From a virus (taxonomy: Duplodnaviria > Heunggongvirae > Uroviricota > Caudoviricetes): DNA of 38,669 bases. Within the stretch, counting starts at the first letter, position 1, and each line of letters opens with the position of its first letter. The translations under genes and the position numbers were made by a program. Shown here one piece after another: positions 10,069-19,202 of this stretch. The notes below the pieces were generated by a model. The model made no database searches. It was not told where the DNA came from and saw only the letters and a program-made list of their open reading frames with translations. The DNA lies in the IMG/VR virus record IMGVR_UViG_2541047843_000002; one strand, 5' to 3'.

Positions 10069-10728
10069 TCACCCAAACGTCTCTTCAGGCCATTGGCTGG
10101 CGATAACTTTCCCCACAACGGAACAACTCTCATTGCATGGGATCATTGGGTATTGTGGGTTTAGTGGCTGTAGAAACACCTGACCGCTATCCCTGATCAG
10201 TTTCTTGAAGGTAAATTCATCACCACCAAGTCTGGCTATGCAGAAATCGCCGGGCTCAACAGCTTGCTCAGGGTCAACCAGAATTAACATCCCGTCAGGA
10301 AAGCTGGGTTTGGAACCTGTTGGTGCGGTCATTGAGTTACCTTCAACCTCAAGCCAGAATGCAGAGTCACTGGCTTTTTTGGTTGTGCTTACCAATCTCT
10401 CCGCATCGCCTTTGGTAAAGGTTCTGAGTTCTGGAGAGAACATCCCAGCCTGAACATGAGAAAAAACAGGGTACTCATATTGTTTTTTAACTGGGGCCGA
10501 TGAGTATTCGCCAACAGGTGAAAATGTCCCGTCGTGGTTGAATGATATGTTATCAATACCAAGGTATTTAAACACCACACCAATATCACTAAGAGATGGA
10601 TGACGAGATCCGCGCAACCAGTGTCCAATCCCACCCTGCGTCATACCTAGCTCTTCGGCTAACTTCTCTTGAGTTATGCCGAGCTCTTTCATTCTGGATC
10701 TAGCCAGTTCATACCATTTCATTTTCAT
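10069..10728 (-). CDS. cI: CI-type prophage repressor (HTH plus LexA-like S24 peptidase domain)
   Basis: N-terminal XRE-type HTH ([25 protein letters not shown]) and C-terminal autocleavage domain with Ala-Gly site and Ser...Lys dyad (EVEGNSM ... FTFKKL); divergent from cro; start at internal ATG with AAGGA RBS. Confidence 0.85.
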   Translation of the reverse strand: MKMKWYELARSRMKELGITQEKLAEELGMTQGGIGHWLRGSRHPSLSDIGVVFKYLGIDNISFNHDGTFSPVGEYSSAPVKKQYEYPVFSHVQAGMFSPELRTFTKGDAERLVSTTKKASDSAFWLEVEGNSMTAPTGSKPSFPDGMLILVDPEQAVEPGDFCIARLGGDEFTFKKLIRDSGQVFLQPLNPQYPMIPCNESCSVVGKVIASQWPEETFG

Positions 10729-10840
10729 GTCCTTATTATTACGCTCTGTACTGGAACCATCCATGCACAATGTGTATTTTTACTTGTATTCGCAAAGTAC
10801 ATATTGTATTTTTTTTATTCGTGTTTACTATGGAGGGCAT
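10729..10840. promoter_or_regulatory. OR-like divergent promoter/operator region between cI and cro
   Basis: AT-rich 112-bp intergenic region between divergent repressor genes; contains dyads (e.g. TACTT-N9-AAGTA and AAGTACATATTGTA) related to those at the candidate pL. Confidence 0.5.
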
Positions 10841-11056
10841 ATGAGCAACCTACGAAAATATCGAGAGTCACTGAATATCTCTCAAACAACACTTGCTAAG
10901 GCAGTTGGATGCACACAGGGAGCTATCGGACATTGGGAATCTGGTCGTCGCTTCCCAGACCTTAAAACATGCCGTGCTCTTGTTGCGTGCCTAAACAAGT
11001 TAGGCGCAAAAGTCAGTCTTGATGACGTGTTCCCGCCGGAACACAAAGCCGCTTAA
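10841..11056 (+). CDS. cro: Cro-like HTH regulator
   Basis: 71-aa XRE-type HTH protein (ISQTTLAKAVGCTQGAIGHWESG) divergent from cI with GGAGGG RBS; not lambda Cro. Confidence 0.8.
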   Translation: MSNLRKYRESLNISQTTLAKAVGCTQGAIGHWESGRRFPDLKTCRALVACLNKLGAKVSLDDVFPPEHKAA

Positions 11057-11066
11057 TAAGCGGATC

Positions 11067-11112
11067 CGCTCTTTGTAACAACGGACATTCGTCCTACGTC
11101 GCTGAAAAGCGA
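11067..11112 (+). promoter_or_regulatory. nutR: boxA (CGCTCTTTGTAACAA) plus boxB hairpin (TCGCT-GAAAA-AGCGA)
   Basis: Lies between cro and cII; same boxA, 23-nt spacer, GAAAA-loop boxB layout as nutL; a 12-bp perfect palindrome AGCGGATCCGCT directly follows the cro stop. Confidence 0.55.
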
Positions 11113-11197
11113 GTTCCAAGATATCTGACCAACTAAGGCCATATGCGTTTCCACGCATACCTTTCAACTAACTATTCACTATTGGAAATCTTAAGAA

Positions 11198-11494
11198 ATG
11201 GAAAGAACAAGTTACAGCAAACTATCACAGCGTGACGTTGATCGCGCAGAAACAGATTTACTTATCAATCTGTCAGCTATTACCCAGCGCGGTCTGGCAA
11301 AGATGATTGGCTGTCATGAATCGAAGATAAGCAGAACGGACTGGAGATTTATTGCTTCGGTCTTGTGTGCTTTCGGAATGGCATCAGACATCAGTCCGAT
11401 TAGCAGGGCTTTTAAGTATGCGCTTGATGGACTCACCAATAAAAAACGCCCGGCGGCAACCGAGCGTTCTGAACAAATCCAGATGGAATTCTGA
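11198..11494 (+). CDS. cII: CII-like lysogeny activator (mosaic: lambda-type C-terminus)
   Basis: 98 aa; C-terminal TNKKRPAATERSEQIQMEF matches lambda CII as recalled, N-terminal portion differs. Confidence 0.8.
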   Translation: MERTSYSKLSQRDVDRAETDLLINLSAITQRGLAKMIGCHESKISRTDWRFIASVLCAFGMASDISPISRAFKYALDGLTNKKRPAATERSEQIQMEF

Positions 11495-11526
11495 GGTCAT
11501 TACTGGATCAATCCACAGGAGTCATT

Positions 11527-12426
11527 ATGACAAATACAGCAAAAATACTCAACTTCTGCAGAGGTAACTTTGCCAAACAGGAGCGTAATGTGGCAGATCT
11601 CGATGATGGTTACGCCAGACTATCAAATATGCTGCTTGAGGCTTATTCAGGCGCAGATCTGACCAAGCGACAGTTTAAAGTGCTGCTTGCCATTCTGCGT
11701 AAAACCTATGGATGGAATAAACCAATGGACAGAATCACCGATTCTCAACTTAGCGAGATTACAAAGTTACCCGTCAAACGGTGCAATGAAGCCAAGTTAG
11801 AACTCGTCAGAATGAATATTATCAAGCAGCAAGGCGGCATGTTTGGACCAAATAAAAACATCTCAGAATGGTGTATCCCTCAAAACGAGGGAAAATCCCC
11901 TAAAACGAGGGATAAAACATCCCTCAAATTGGGGGATTGCTATCCCTCAAAACAGGGGGACACAAAAGACACTATTACAAAAGAAAAAAGAAAAGATTAT
12001 TCGTCAGAGAATTCTGGCGAATCCTCTGACCAGCCAGAAAACGACCTTTCTGTGGTGAAACCGGATGCTGCAATTCAGAGCGGCAGCAAGTGGGGGACAG
12101 CAGAAGACCTGACCGCCGCAGAATGGATGTTTGACATGGTGAAGACCATCGCGCCATCAGCCAGAAAACCGAATTTTGCAGGGTGGGCTAACGATATCCG
12201 CCTGATGCGTGAACGTGACGGACGTAACCATCGCGACATGTGTGTACTGTTCCGCTGGGCATGCCAGGACAACTTCTGGTCCGGTAACGTGCTGAGCCCG
12301 GCCAAACTCCGCGACAAGTGGACCCAGCTCGAAATCAACCGTAACAAGCAACAGGCAGGTGTGACAGCCTGCAAACCAAAACTCGACCTGACAAACACTG
12401 ACTGGATTTACGGGGTGGATTTATGA
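11527..12426 (+). CDS. O: replication initiator O
   Basis: 299-aa protein matching lambda O; contains ori iterons internally. Confidence 0.95.
   Translation: MTNTAKILNFCRGNFAKQERNVADLDDGYARLSNMLLEAYSGADLTKRQFKVLLAILRKTYGWNKPMDRITDSQLSEITKLPVKRCNEAKLELVRMNIIKQQGGMFGPNKNISEWCIPQNEGKSPKTRDKTSLKLGDCYPSKQGDTKDTITKEKRKDYSSENSGESSDQPENDLSVVKPDAAIQSGSKWGTAEDLTAAEWMFDMVKTIAPSARKPNFAGWANDIRLMRERDGRNHRDMCVLFRWACQDNFWSGNVLSPAKLRDKWTQLEINRNKQQAGVTACKPKLDLTNTDWIYGVDL
11875..11998 (+). repeat. ori-lambda: four iterons (ATCCCTCAAAACGAGGGA-like) followed by an AT-rich stretch
   Basis: Direct repeats atccctcaaaacgaggga / aaatcccctaaaacgaggga / atccctcaaattggggga / atccctcaaaacaggggga then acaaaagaaaaaagaaaag, inside the O coding frame. 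Confidence 0.85.
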
Positions 12427-13124
12427 AAAACATCGCCGCACAGATGGTTAATTTTGACCGTGAGCAGATGCGTCGGATCGCCAACAACATGCCGGAACAG
12501 TACGACGAAAAGCCGCAGGTACAGCAGGTAGCGCAGATCATCAACGGTGTGTTCAGCCAGTTACTGGCAACTTTCCCGGCGAGTCTGGCTAACCGTGACC
12601 AGAACGAACTGAACGAAATCCGCCGCCAGTGGGTTCTGGCTTTCCGGGAAAACGGGATCACCACAATGGAACAGGTTAACGCAGGAATGCGCGTAGCCCG
12701 TCGGCAGAATCGACCATTTCTGCCATCACCCGGGCAGTTTGTTGCATGGTGCCGGGAAGAAGCATCCGTTATCGCCGGACTGCCAAACGTCAGCGAGCTG
12801 GTTGATATGGTTTACGAGTATTGCCGGAAGCGAGGCCTGTATCCGGATGCAGAGTCTTATCCGTGGAAATCGAACGCGCACTACTGGCTGGTTACCAACC
12901 TGTACCAGAACATGCGGGCCAATGCGCTGACTGACGCGGAATTACGACGCAAGGCTGCCGATGAACTGACCTGTATGACAGCGCGAATTAACCGTGGTGA
13001 GACGATACCTGAACCAGTAAAACAACTTCCTGTCATGGGCGGCAGACCTCTAAATCGTGTTCAGGCGCTGGCGAAGATCGCAGAAATTAAAGCTAAGTTA
13101 GGACTGAAAGGAGCAAGTGTATGA
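12423..13124 (+). CDS. P: replication protein P (DnaB helicase loader)
   Basis: 233-aa protein matching lambda P; 4-nt overlap with O. Confidence 0.95.
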   Translation: MKNIAAQMVNFDREQMRRIANNMPEQYDEKPQVQQVAQIINGVFSQLLATFPASLANRDQNELNEIRRQWVLAFRENGITTMEQVNAGMRVARRQNRPFLPSPGQFVAWCREEASVIAGLPNVSELVDMVYEYCRKRGLYPDAESYPWKSNAHYWLVTNLYQNMRANALTDAELRRKAADELTCMTARINRGETIPEPVKQLPVMGGRPLNRVQALAKIAEIKAKLGLKGASV

Positions 13125-13411
13125 CGGGCAAAGAGGCAATTATTCATTACCTGGGGACGCATAATAGCTTCTGTGCGCCGGACGTTGCCGCGCTAACAGG
13201 CGCAACAGTAACCAGCATAAATCAGGCCGCGGCTAAAATGGCACGGGCAGGTCTTCTGGTTATCGAAGGTAAGGTCTGGCGAACGGTGTATTACCGGTTT
13301 GCTACCAAGGAAGAACGGGAAGGAAAGATGAGCACGAACCTGATTTTTAAGGAGTGTCGCCAGAGTGCCACGATGAAACGGATATTGGCGGTATATGGAG
13401 TTAAAAGATGA
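13121..13411 (+). CDS. ren: Ren
   Basis: 96-aa protein matching lambda Ren; overlaps P by 4 nt. Confidence 0.9.
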   Translation: MTGKEAIIHYLGTHNSFCAPDVAALTGATVTSINQAAAKMARAGLLVIEGKVWRTVYYRFATKEEREGKMSTNLIFKECRQSATMKRILAVYGVKR

Positions 13412-13436
13412 CCATCTACATCACTGAGCTAATAAC

Positions 13437-13468
13437 AGGCCTGCAGGTAATCGCAGGCCTTTTTATTT
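13437..13468 (+). terminator. tR2-like intrinsic terminator between ren and ninB
   Basis: AGGCCTGC / GCAGGCCT 8-bp stem, 8-nt loop, then TTTTATTT. Confidence 0.6.
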
Positions 13469-13484
13469 GGGGGAGAGGGAAGTC

Positions 13485-13925
13485 ATGAAAAAACTAACCT
13501 TTGAAATTCGATCTCCGGCACATCAGCAAAACGCTATTCACGCAGTACAGCAAATCCTTCCAGACCCAACCAAACCAATCGTAGTAACCATTCAGGAACG
13601 CAACCGCAGCTTAGACCAAAACAGGAAGCTATGGGCCTGCTTAGGTGACGTCTCTCGTCAGGTTGAATGGCATGGTCGCTGGCTGGATGCAGAAAGCTGG
13701 AAGTGTGTGTTTACCGCAGCATTAAAGCAGCAGGATGTTGTTCCTAACCTTGCCGGGAATGGCTTTGTGGTAATAGGCCAGTCAACCAGCAGGATGCGTG
13801 TAAGCGAATTTGCGGAGCTATTAGAGCTTATACAGGCATTCGGTACAGAGCGTGGCGTTAAGTGGTCAGACGAAGCGCGACTGGCTCTCGAATGGAAAGC
13901 GCGATGGGGAGATCGGGCTGCATGA
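13485..13925 (+). CDS. ninB: NinB (Orf/recombination mediator family)
   Basis: 146-aa protein from internal ATG (MKKLTFEIRSPAHQQNAIHAVQQILPDPTKP...) matching lambda NinB. Confidence 0.9.
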   Translation: MKKLTFEIRSPAHQQNAIHAVQQILPDPTKPIVVTIQERNRSLDQNRKLWACLGDVSRQVEWHGRWLDAESWKCVFTAALKQQDVVPNLAGNGFVVIGQSTSRMRVSEFAELLELIQAFGTERGVKWSDEARLALEWKARWGDRAA

Positions 13926-14449
13926 CTATCAAATCAAATACGCCAGCACACGACAAGGACTGCTGGCAAACGCCGCTTTGGCTTTTTGATGCACTGGATA
14001 TTGAGTTTGGATTCTGGCTGGATTCGGCAGCGAGCGACAAAAATGCTCTGTGCGCTCACTGGCTAACTGAGGACGACGACGCGCTCAATTCTGAGTGGGT
14101 AAGCCACGGTGCAATCTGGAATAACCCACCGTACAGCAATATCAGGCCGTGGGTGGAAAAAGCCGCTGAGCAGTGTATACAACAGCGACAGACGGTAGTG
14201 ATGCTTGTGCCAGAGGATATGTCTGTCGGATGGTTCAGCAAGGCTCTGGAGAGTGTTGACGAAGTTCGTATTATCACTGATGGACGGATTAATTTTATCG
14301 AACCATCGACAGGGCTGGAGAAGAAGGGAAACAGCAAAGGCTCCATGCTGCTGATTTGGCGACCGTTCATCAGTCCTCGACGGATGTTTACTACCGTATC
14401 CAAAGCGGCATTGATGGCGATCGGGCAGGGCGTCAGGAGGGCTGCATGA
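13922..14449 (+). CDS. phage N6-adenine DNA methyltransferase (Dam-like, orphan)
   Basis: 175 aa from ATG overlapping the ninB stop; contains NPPY motif ([10 protein letters not shown]) typical of amino-MTases; occupies the ninC/ninD position. Confidence 0.75.
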   Translation: MTIKSNTPAHDKDCWQTPLWLFDALDIEFGFWLDSAASDKNALCAHWLTEDDDALNSEWVSHGAIWNNPPYSNIRPWVEKAAEQCIQQRQTVVMLVPEDMSVGWFSKALESVDEVRIITDGRINFIEPSTGLEKKGNSKGSMLLIWRPFISPRRMFTTVSKAALMAIGQGVRRAA

Positions 14450-14622
14450 GACGACAGCGACGAAGCATCACCGACATAATCTGCGAAAACTGCAAATACC
14501 TTCCAACGAAACGCTCCAGAAATAAACGCAAGCTAATCCCAAAAGAATCTGACGTAAAAACCTTCAATTACACAGCCCACCTGTGGGATATCCGGTGGCT
14601 AAGATATCGTGCGAGGAAATGA
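14446..14622 (+). CDS. ninE: NinE
   Basis: 58-aa protein [29 protein letters not shown]... matching lambda NinE as recalled; start overlaps the MTase stop. Confidence 0.8.
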   Translation: MRRQRRSITDIICENCKYLPTKRSRNKRKLIPKESDVKTFNYTAHLWDIRWLRYRARK

Positions 14623-14966
14623 CAATGGATTATTCACAGTTAAGTGATTTTGAAATTAACAGAATGGTAGGAGACATAATTTTTAAAGGCCTTTGGGCAA
14701 GTAAACCGGAAACATCAGGGAATAACACCAACAAATGGTATTACGGAAATGCTGATACAACTTTTGAGCCATTAAATCATTTGCCTGACTACTGCAATGA
14801 TCCGAGCGCTTCATGGCCGATTATTGAGAAATACAGGATTTCTATCTTAGACCAGTTAACTGAATGGTGTGTGGATGCAAAAGGCGTAAGCCCAATATTT
14901 GATACCAGACCTCTCCGCGCCGCCATGATTGTCTTTCTCCTGATGCAGGAGGCCAATAATGCTTAG
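14619..14966 (+). CDS. hypothetical nin-region protein (115 aa, DUF2591-like?)
   Basis: ORF starting at ATG overlapping the ninE stop with GAGGAA RBS; family name from memory only. Confidence 0.55.
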   Translation: MTMDYSQLSDFEINRMVGDIIFKGLWASKPETSGNNTNKWYYGNADTTFEPLNHLPDYCNDPSASWPIIEKYRISILDQLTEWCVDAKGVSPIFDTRPLRAAMIVFLLMQEANNA

Positions 14967-15153
14967 CCCATCTCAATCCCTTCAATACCTGAAAGAAAGC
15001 ATAGAGCGGGCTTCAATGTGCACAGAGTGGATTCTATCTAGGTTTAGCGCATACAGAAGATTGCCGGTAAAGGGCATGCCAAGCAAGTCGATGCTGCATA
15101 TGCAAAAGAATGCGCGCTGGAAGGTATGGCGAGAACACAGGTTATGTGGCTGA
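14959..15153 (+). CDS. NinF-like N-terminus fused to unrelated sequence (possible recombination-scar ORF)
   Basis: First ~15 residues [17 protein letters not shown] resemble lambda NinF, the rest does not; 3' end of a different gene is present in another frame downstream. Confidence 0.35.
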   Translation: MLSPSQSLQYLKESIERASMCTEWILSRFSAYRRLPVKGMPSKSMLHMQKNARWKVWREHRLCG

Positions 15154-15172
15154 AAGAGGGGGTTATTAAGGC

Positions 15173-15535
15173 GTGAATACCTACAGCATCACATTACCCT
15201 GGCCTCCGAGCAATAATCGCTATTACCGCCATAATCGCGGGCGCACGCACGTCAGCGCAGAGGGGCAGGCATACCGCGATAACGTCGCCCGAATCATTAA
15301 AAACGCAATGCTGGATATCGGCCTGGCTATGCCTGTGAAAATCCGCATTGAGTGCCACATGCCGGATCGCCGTCGCCGTGACCTGGATAATCTGCAAAAA
15401 GCCGCTTTTGACGCACTCACTAAAGCAGGTTTCTGGCTGGATGATGCTCAGGTCGTTGATTACCGCGTTGTGAAGATGCCTGTTACCAAAGGTGGGAGGC
15501 TGGAACTGACCATCACCGAAATGGGGAATGAATGA
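15173..15535 (+). CDS. rusA: RusA Holliday-junction resolvase
   Basis: 120-aa protein matching DLP12/phage 82 RusA as recalled. Confidence 0.9.
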   Translation: MNTYSITLPWPPSNNRYYRHNRGRTHVSAEGQAYRDNVARIIKNAMLDIGLAMPVKIRIECHMPDRRRRDLDNLQKAAFDALTKAGFWLDDAQVVDYRVVKMPVTKGGRLELTITEMGNE

Positions 15536-15672
15536 TGTTTGAGTTTAATATGGCAGAACTTCTTCGCCACCGCTGGGGGCGTCTGCGCTTATATCGTTTC
15601 CTCGGTTCTGTTTTGACCGATTACCGAATACTGAAGAATTACGCCAAAACCCTGACAGGAACAGGAGTATGA
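15532..15672 (+). CDS. ylcG: YlcG-like small protein (46 aa)
   Basis: ATG overlapping the rusA stop; [46 protein letters not shown]; too short for the ORF track. Confidence 0.55.
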   Translation: MMFEFNMAELLRHRWGRLRLYRFLGSVLTDYRILKNYAKTLTGTGV

Positions 15673-15757
15673 AGTCAGAGATAACAATCAACTAATACTG
15701 TTTTGTTGATTTTTGCTTGTAATTGGCGTTCTGGTCTGATTTTTGTGGAGTAAGTTG

Positions 15758-16141
15758 ATGCGTGATATTCAGATGGTTCTTGAGCGTTGGGGTGCGTGGG
15801 CGGCTAATAATCATGAAGATGTGACCTGGTCGTCCATTGCCGCCGGTTTTAAGGGATTAATTCCTTCAAAAGTAAAATCTCGCCCGCAATGTTGTGACGA
15901 TGACGCGATGATCATTTGCGGGTGCATGGCCCGTCTGAAAAAGAACAACAGCGATTTACACGATTTATTAGTAGATTATTATGTATGTGGTATGACATTC
16001 ATGTCACTGGCAAGTAAGCATTGCTGCTCGGATGGTTATATCGGGAAAAGGTTACAGAAGGCTGAGGGCATAATTGAAGGGATGTTAATGGCATTAGATA
16101 TCCGGTTAGATATGGATATCGTTGCTAATAATTCTAATTGA
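15758..16141 (+). CDS. Q: late-gene antiterminator Q (phage 82/DLP12 QuuD type)
   Basis: 127-aa protein from internal ATG ([22 protein letters not shown]...), Cys-rich zinc-binding region; followed by promoter-like AT-rich DNA and a terminator. Confidence 0.85.
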   Translation: MRDIQMVLERWGAWAANNHEDVTWSSIAAGFKGLIPSKVKSRPQCCDDDAMIICGCMARLKKNNSDLHDLLVDYYVCGMTFMSLASKHCCSDGYIGKRLQKAEGIIEGMLMALDIRLDMDIVANNSN

Positions 16142-16280
16142 TATGCAATTGTTTACTAAAAGTTATTAAAAATGGGGCGTGGAAACGCCCCCAAAATAAA
16201 GGGTAATATATAACAGAAGGTTTATATAGTAAGAAGCAAGGTAGTGCTTCTAAAGGAAGTGGCTTGAGGGCTCCACTTAT

Positions 16281-16318
16281 ATGTTGCGGAGGCAAAGCCT
16301 CCCGCAACATATCTTTTT
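16281..16318 (+). terminator. tR'-like intrinsic terminator downstream of Q
   Basis: ~12-bp imperfect stem (ATGTTGCGGAGG / CCTCCCGCAACAT) followed by ATCTTTTT; about 140 nt after the Q stop, where pR'/qut would be expected. Confidence 0.55.
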
Positions 16319-16329
16319 CGTAAGTCAGA

Positions 16330-17412
16330 TTAGAACTGATAAACCAGACCTACAGCGACGATGTCGTCGGTATCAATACCAGCTGTTTTGGTAAACTTAC
16401 TATCGTCAATTAAGTTGATTTTGTAATCAACAAAAGTGGACATGTTTTTATTAAAGTAGTAAGTAGCACCGACATCGACATACTTGACTAAGTCTCGGTC
16501 ACCATGAACACCAAGGTCTTTACCTTTTGACTGAAGGTAAGCAACAGATGGACGCAGACCGAAGTCAAACTGATATTGTGCTACTGCTTCAAAGTTTTGT
16601 GCTTTGTTTGCAATATGGTTATTACCAAAAACGGTCATATTCTGAGTTTCAGAATATGTGGTAGCCAGATAGATATTGTTCGCATCATATTTCAGGCCTG
16701 CAGCCCATACTTCCGCATTTTTGCCGGAGGCATTGAATTTGCTCTTACCATAGGCGACCTGACCGTCAGTGCGATCTGATTTAGCATAGGTTGCACCCAC
16801 GCCGAATCCTTCATACTCATAAGTAGTGGAGAAACCGAAACCATCACCATTGGCTTCAGTTACGTCAGTGCGGTCATTTTTACCCTGATACTGAGCAGCA
16901 AAGTTCAGGCCATCGACCAGACCAAAGAAGTCGTTGTTACGATAAGTTGCAACACCAGTAGTGCGACCAGTCATGAACACATCTGTTTGGGTCCAGGTAT
17001 CACCACCGAATTCTGGCAGAACGTCAGTCCACGCACCGATGTCGTATGCTACACCGTAGTTACGGCCGTAATCGATTGAGCCGTAATCACCAAATTTCAG
17101 GCCTGCAAATGCAAGACGGGTTTTGTCTTTGGAAGAACCTTGAGATTCAGCACGGTTGCCTTTGAATTCATATTCCCACTGACCGAAACCAGTCAGTTGA
17201 TCGTTGATTTGGGTTTCACCTTTGAAGCCAAGACGGGCATAAGTAGTATCACCATCATCTGCATCATTAGAGGAGAAGTAGTGCTTGGCATTAACTTTCC
17301 CGTATAGATCCAGCTTGTTACTGTCTTTATTATAAATTTCAGCTGCCTGAGCAGACATCGCCATCAGTACTGATGCAGCTACAGCAGAAATTGCCACTGT
17401 TAATTTTTTCAT
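16330..17412 (-). CDS. nmpC: outer-membrane general porin (OmpC/NmpC/Lc family), intact
   Basis: 360 aa from internal ATG with signal peptide [23 protein letters not shown], porin-like beta-strand pattern and C-terminal ...VGLVYQF. Confidence 0.9.
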   Translation of the reverse strand: MKKLTVAISAVAASVLMAMSAQAAEIYNKDSNKLDLYGKVNAKHYFSSNDADDGDTTYARLGFKGETQINDQLTGFGQWEYEFKGNRAESQGSSKDKTRLAFAGLKFGDYGSIDYGRNYGVAYDIGAWTDVLPEFGGDTWTQTDVFMTGRTTGVATYRNNDFFGLVDGLNFAAQYQGKNDRTDVTEANGDGFGFSTTYEYEGFGVGATYAKSDRTDGQVAYGKSKFNASGKNAEVWAAGLKYDANNIYLATTYSETQNMTVFGNNHIANKAQNFEAVAQYQFDFGLRPSVAYLQSKGKDLGVHGDRDLVKYVDVGATYYFNKNMSTFVDYKINLIDDSKFTKTAGIDTDDIVAVGLVYQF

Positions 17413-17839
17413 TGTACGCCCTTTTTTTGAACTATTATTAAAAAATGATGTCACTGCGCGATAAATATTCATCTAATCAATGTGATTATTTCAAGATGTA
17501 AGTTTTAGTTTCTCATTTAATTTGTGAAGTAGATCTCTATTTTTATCTGAACCTTTTCTATCTAATCCTATTCATGGCTCTTGTCTGAACAAAAATAAAT
17601 CTATTAGCTAATTTATATTAATGGCACTTATTTATAAGTGCTCTATAATTCTTTAGCTTAATTTAAACAAACTAAAAATAACATTGGAAATTATTAACTG
17701 GTTATTTGTTGAAGTTTTCTTATGCATTTGTGGTGGTGTTTTGAACACTCGGTGGCATTCTCACAAATATCATTTAGTAGTTTACGTACGTAAAAAATTG
17801 GTTATGCTGTTAAGAGTGGTTACTTCGTCACACAGCTTA

Positions 17840-17871
17840 AACCCGCCGTCGAGCGGGTTTTTCCATTTTTT
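17840..17871 (+). terminator. intrinsic terminator upstream of the lysis cassette
   Basis: AACCCGC-CGTCGA-GCGGGTT hairpin followed by TTTCCATTTTTT. Confidence 0.5.
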
Positions 17872-18000
17872 GAGTCTCGATATTAGCTGATAACCCAATA
17901 CCTGAGTTATTCACTGACTCCGAATCTGTTACGTTTCTGCCTTTATTGCGATACGTAGTATCCCCTTAATTTACACCCGCTTTGTCTGCGAGGTGGGGTT

Positions 18001-18216
18001 ATGAAATCCATGGATAAGTTAACAACGGGTGTCGCCTATGGTACCTCAGCAGGTAGTGCCGGGTACTGGTTTTTACAGTTGCTCGATAAAGTCACGCCCT
18101 CACAGTGGGCGGCAATAGGTGTGCTGGGTAGCCTGGTATTTGGCCTGCTGACGTACCTGACAAACCTTTATTTCAAGATTAAAGAAGATAAGCGCAAGGC
18201 TGCGAGAGGTGAATAA
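18001..18216 (+). CDS. S: class II holin (phage 21 S-type pinholin)
   Basis: 71 aa, two hydrophobic segments, charged C-terminus ([11 protein letters not shown]); dual-start MKSM motif. Confidence 0.9.
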
Positions 18217-18713
18217 TGCCTCCATCATTACGAAAAGCCGTTGCTGCTGCTATTGGTGGCGGAGCAATTGCTATAGCATCAGTGTTAATCACTGGCCCAA
18301 GTGGTAACGATGGTCTGGAAGGTGTCAGCTACATACCATACAAAGATATTGTTGGTGTATGGACTGTATGTCACGGGCATACAGGAAAAGACATCATGCT
18401 CGGTAAAACGTATACCAAAGCAGAATGCAAAGCCCTCCTGAATAAAGACCTTGCCACGGTCGCCAGACAAATTAACCCGTACATCAAAGTCGATATACCG
18501 GAAACAATGCGCGGCGCTCTTTACTCATTCGTTTACAACGTGGGTGCTGGCAATTTCAGAACATCGACGCTTCTTCGCAAAATAAACCAGGGCGATATCA
18601 AAGGCGCATGTGATCAGCTACGTCGCTGGACATATGCTGGCGGTAAGCAATGGAAAGGTCTCATGACTCGTCGTGAGATTGAGCGTGAAATCTGTTTGTG
18701 GGGTCAGCAATGA
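18216..18713 (+). CDS. R: SAR endolysin (lysozyme with N-terminal signal-anchor-release domain)
   Basis: 165 aa; Gly/Ala-rich weakly hydrophobic N-terminus ([18 protein letters not shown]) followed by lysozyme-like domain. Confidence 0.9.
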   Translation: MPPSLRKAVAAAIGGGAIAIASVLITGPSGNDGLEGVSYIPYKDIVGVWTVCHGHTGKDIMLGKTYTKAECKALLNKDLATVARQINPYIKVDIPETMRGALYSFVYNVGAGNFRTSTLLRKINQGDIKGACDQLRRWTYAGGKQWKGLMTRREIEREICLWGQQ

Positions 18714-19171
18714 ACAGAGTAACCGCGATTATCTCCGCTCTGGTTATCTGCATCATCGTCTGCCTGTCATGGGCTGTTAATCATTACCGTGATAACGCCA
18801 TTACCTACAAAGCCCAGCGCGACAAAAATGCCAGAGAACTGACGCTGGCGAACGCGGTAATTACTGACATACAGATGCGTCAGCGTGATGTTGCTGCGCT
18901 CGATGCAAAATACACGAAGGAGTTAGCTGATGCGAAAGCTGAAAATGATGCTCTGCGTGATGATGTTGCCGCTGGTCGTCGTCGGTTGCACATCAAAGCA
19001 GTCTGTCAGTCAGTGCGTGAAGCCACCACCGCCTCCGGCGTGGATAATGCAGCCTCCCCCCGACTGGCAGACACCGCTGAACGGGATTATTTCACCCTCA
19101 GAGAGAGGCTGATCACTATGCAAAAACAACTGGAAGGAACCCAGAAGTATATTAATGAGCAGTGCAGATAG
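18710..19171 (+). CDS. Rz: Rz i-spanin
   Basis: 153 aa from internal ATG; N-terminal TM segment and coiled-coil body; matches lambda Rz. Confidence 0.85.
   Translation: MNRVTAIISALVICIIVCLSWAVNHYRDNAITYKAQRDKNARELTLANAVITDIQMRQRDVAALDAKYTKELADAKAENDALRDDVAAGRRRLHIKAVCQSVREATTASGVDNAASPRLADTAERDYFTLRERLITMQKQLEGTQKYINEQCR
18930..19112 (+). CDS. Rz1: Rz1 o-spanin lipoprotein, embedded in the +1 frame of Rz
   Basis: 60 aa with lipobox LVVVGC and Pro-rich tract [15 protein letters not shown]. Confidence 0.8.
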   Translation: MRKLKMMLCVMMLPLVVVGCTSKQSVSQCVKPPPPPAWIMQPPPDWQTPLNGIISPSERG

Positions 19172-19202
19172 AGCTGCCCATATCGATGGGCAACTCATGC
19201 AA

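Noticed and set aside
10729-10770. 5' extension of cI to the track start at 10770 ([14 protein letters not shown]...)
   Set aside because: No RBS; the internal ATG at 10728 is preceded by AAGGA and gives a normal repressor N-terminus ahead of the HTH.
10676-10840. 5' extension of the cro ORF (126-aa version from 10676)
   Set aside because: The extension covers the cI start and the operator region on the opposite strand; the ATG at 10841 has a GGAGGG RBS and gives a typical 71-aa Cro.
17473-17830. AT-rich 350-bp region upstream of the porin gene, as a possible small RNA or second origin
   Set aside because: Most simply explained as the porin promoter/regulatory region; I could not identify a convincing sRNA (promoter plus terminator on one strand) by eye. 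The 68-aa ORF at 17684..17890 overlaps the terminator and looks spurious.
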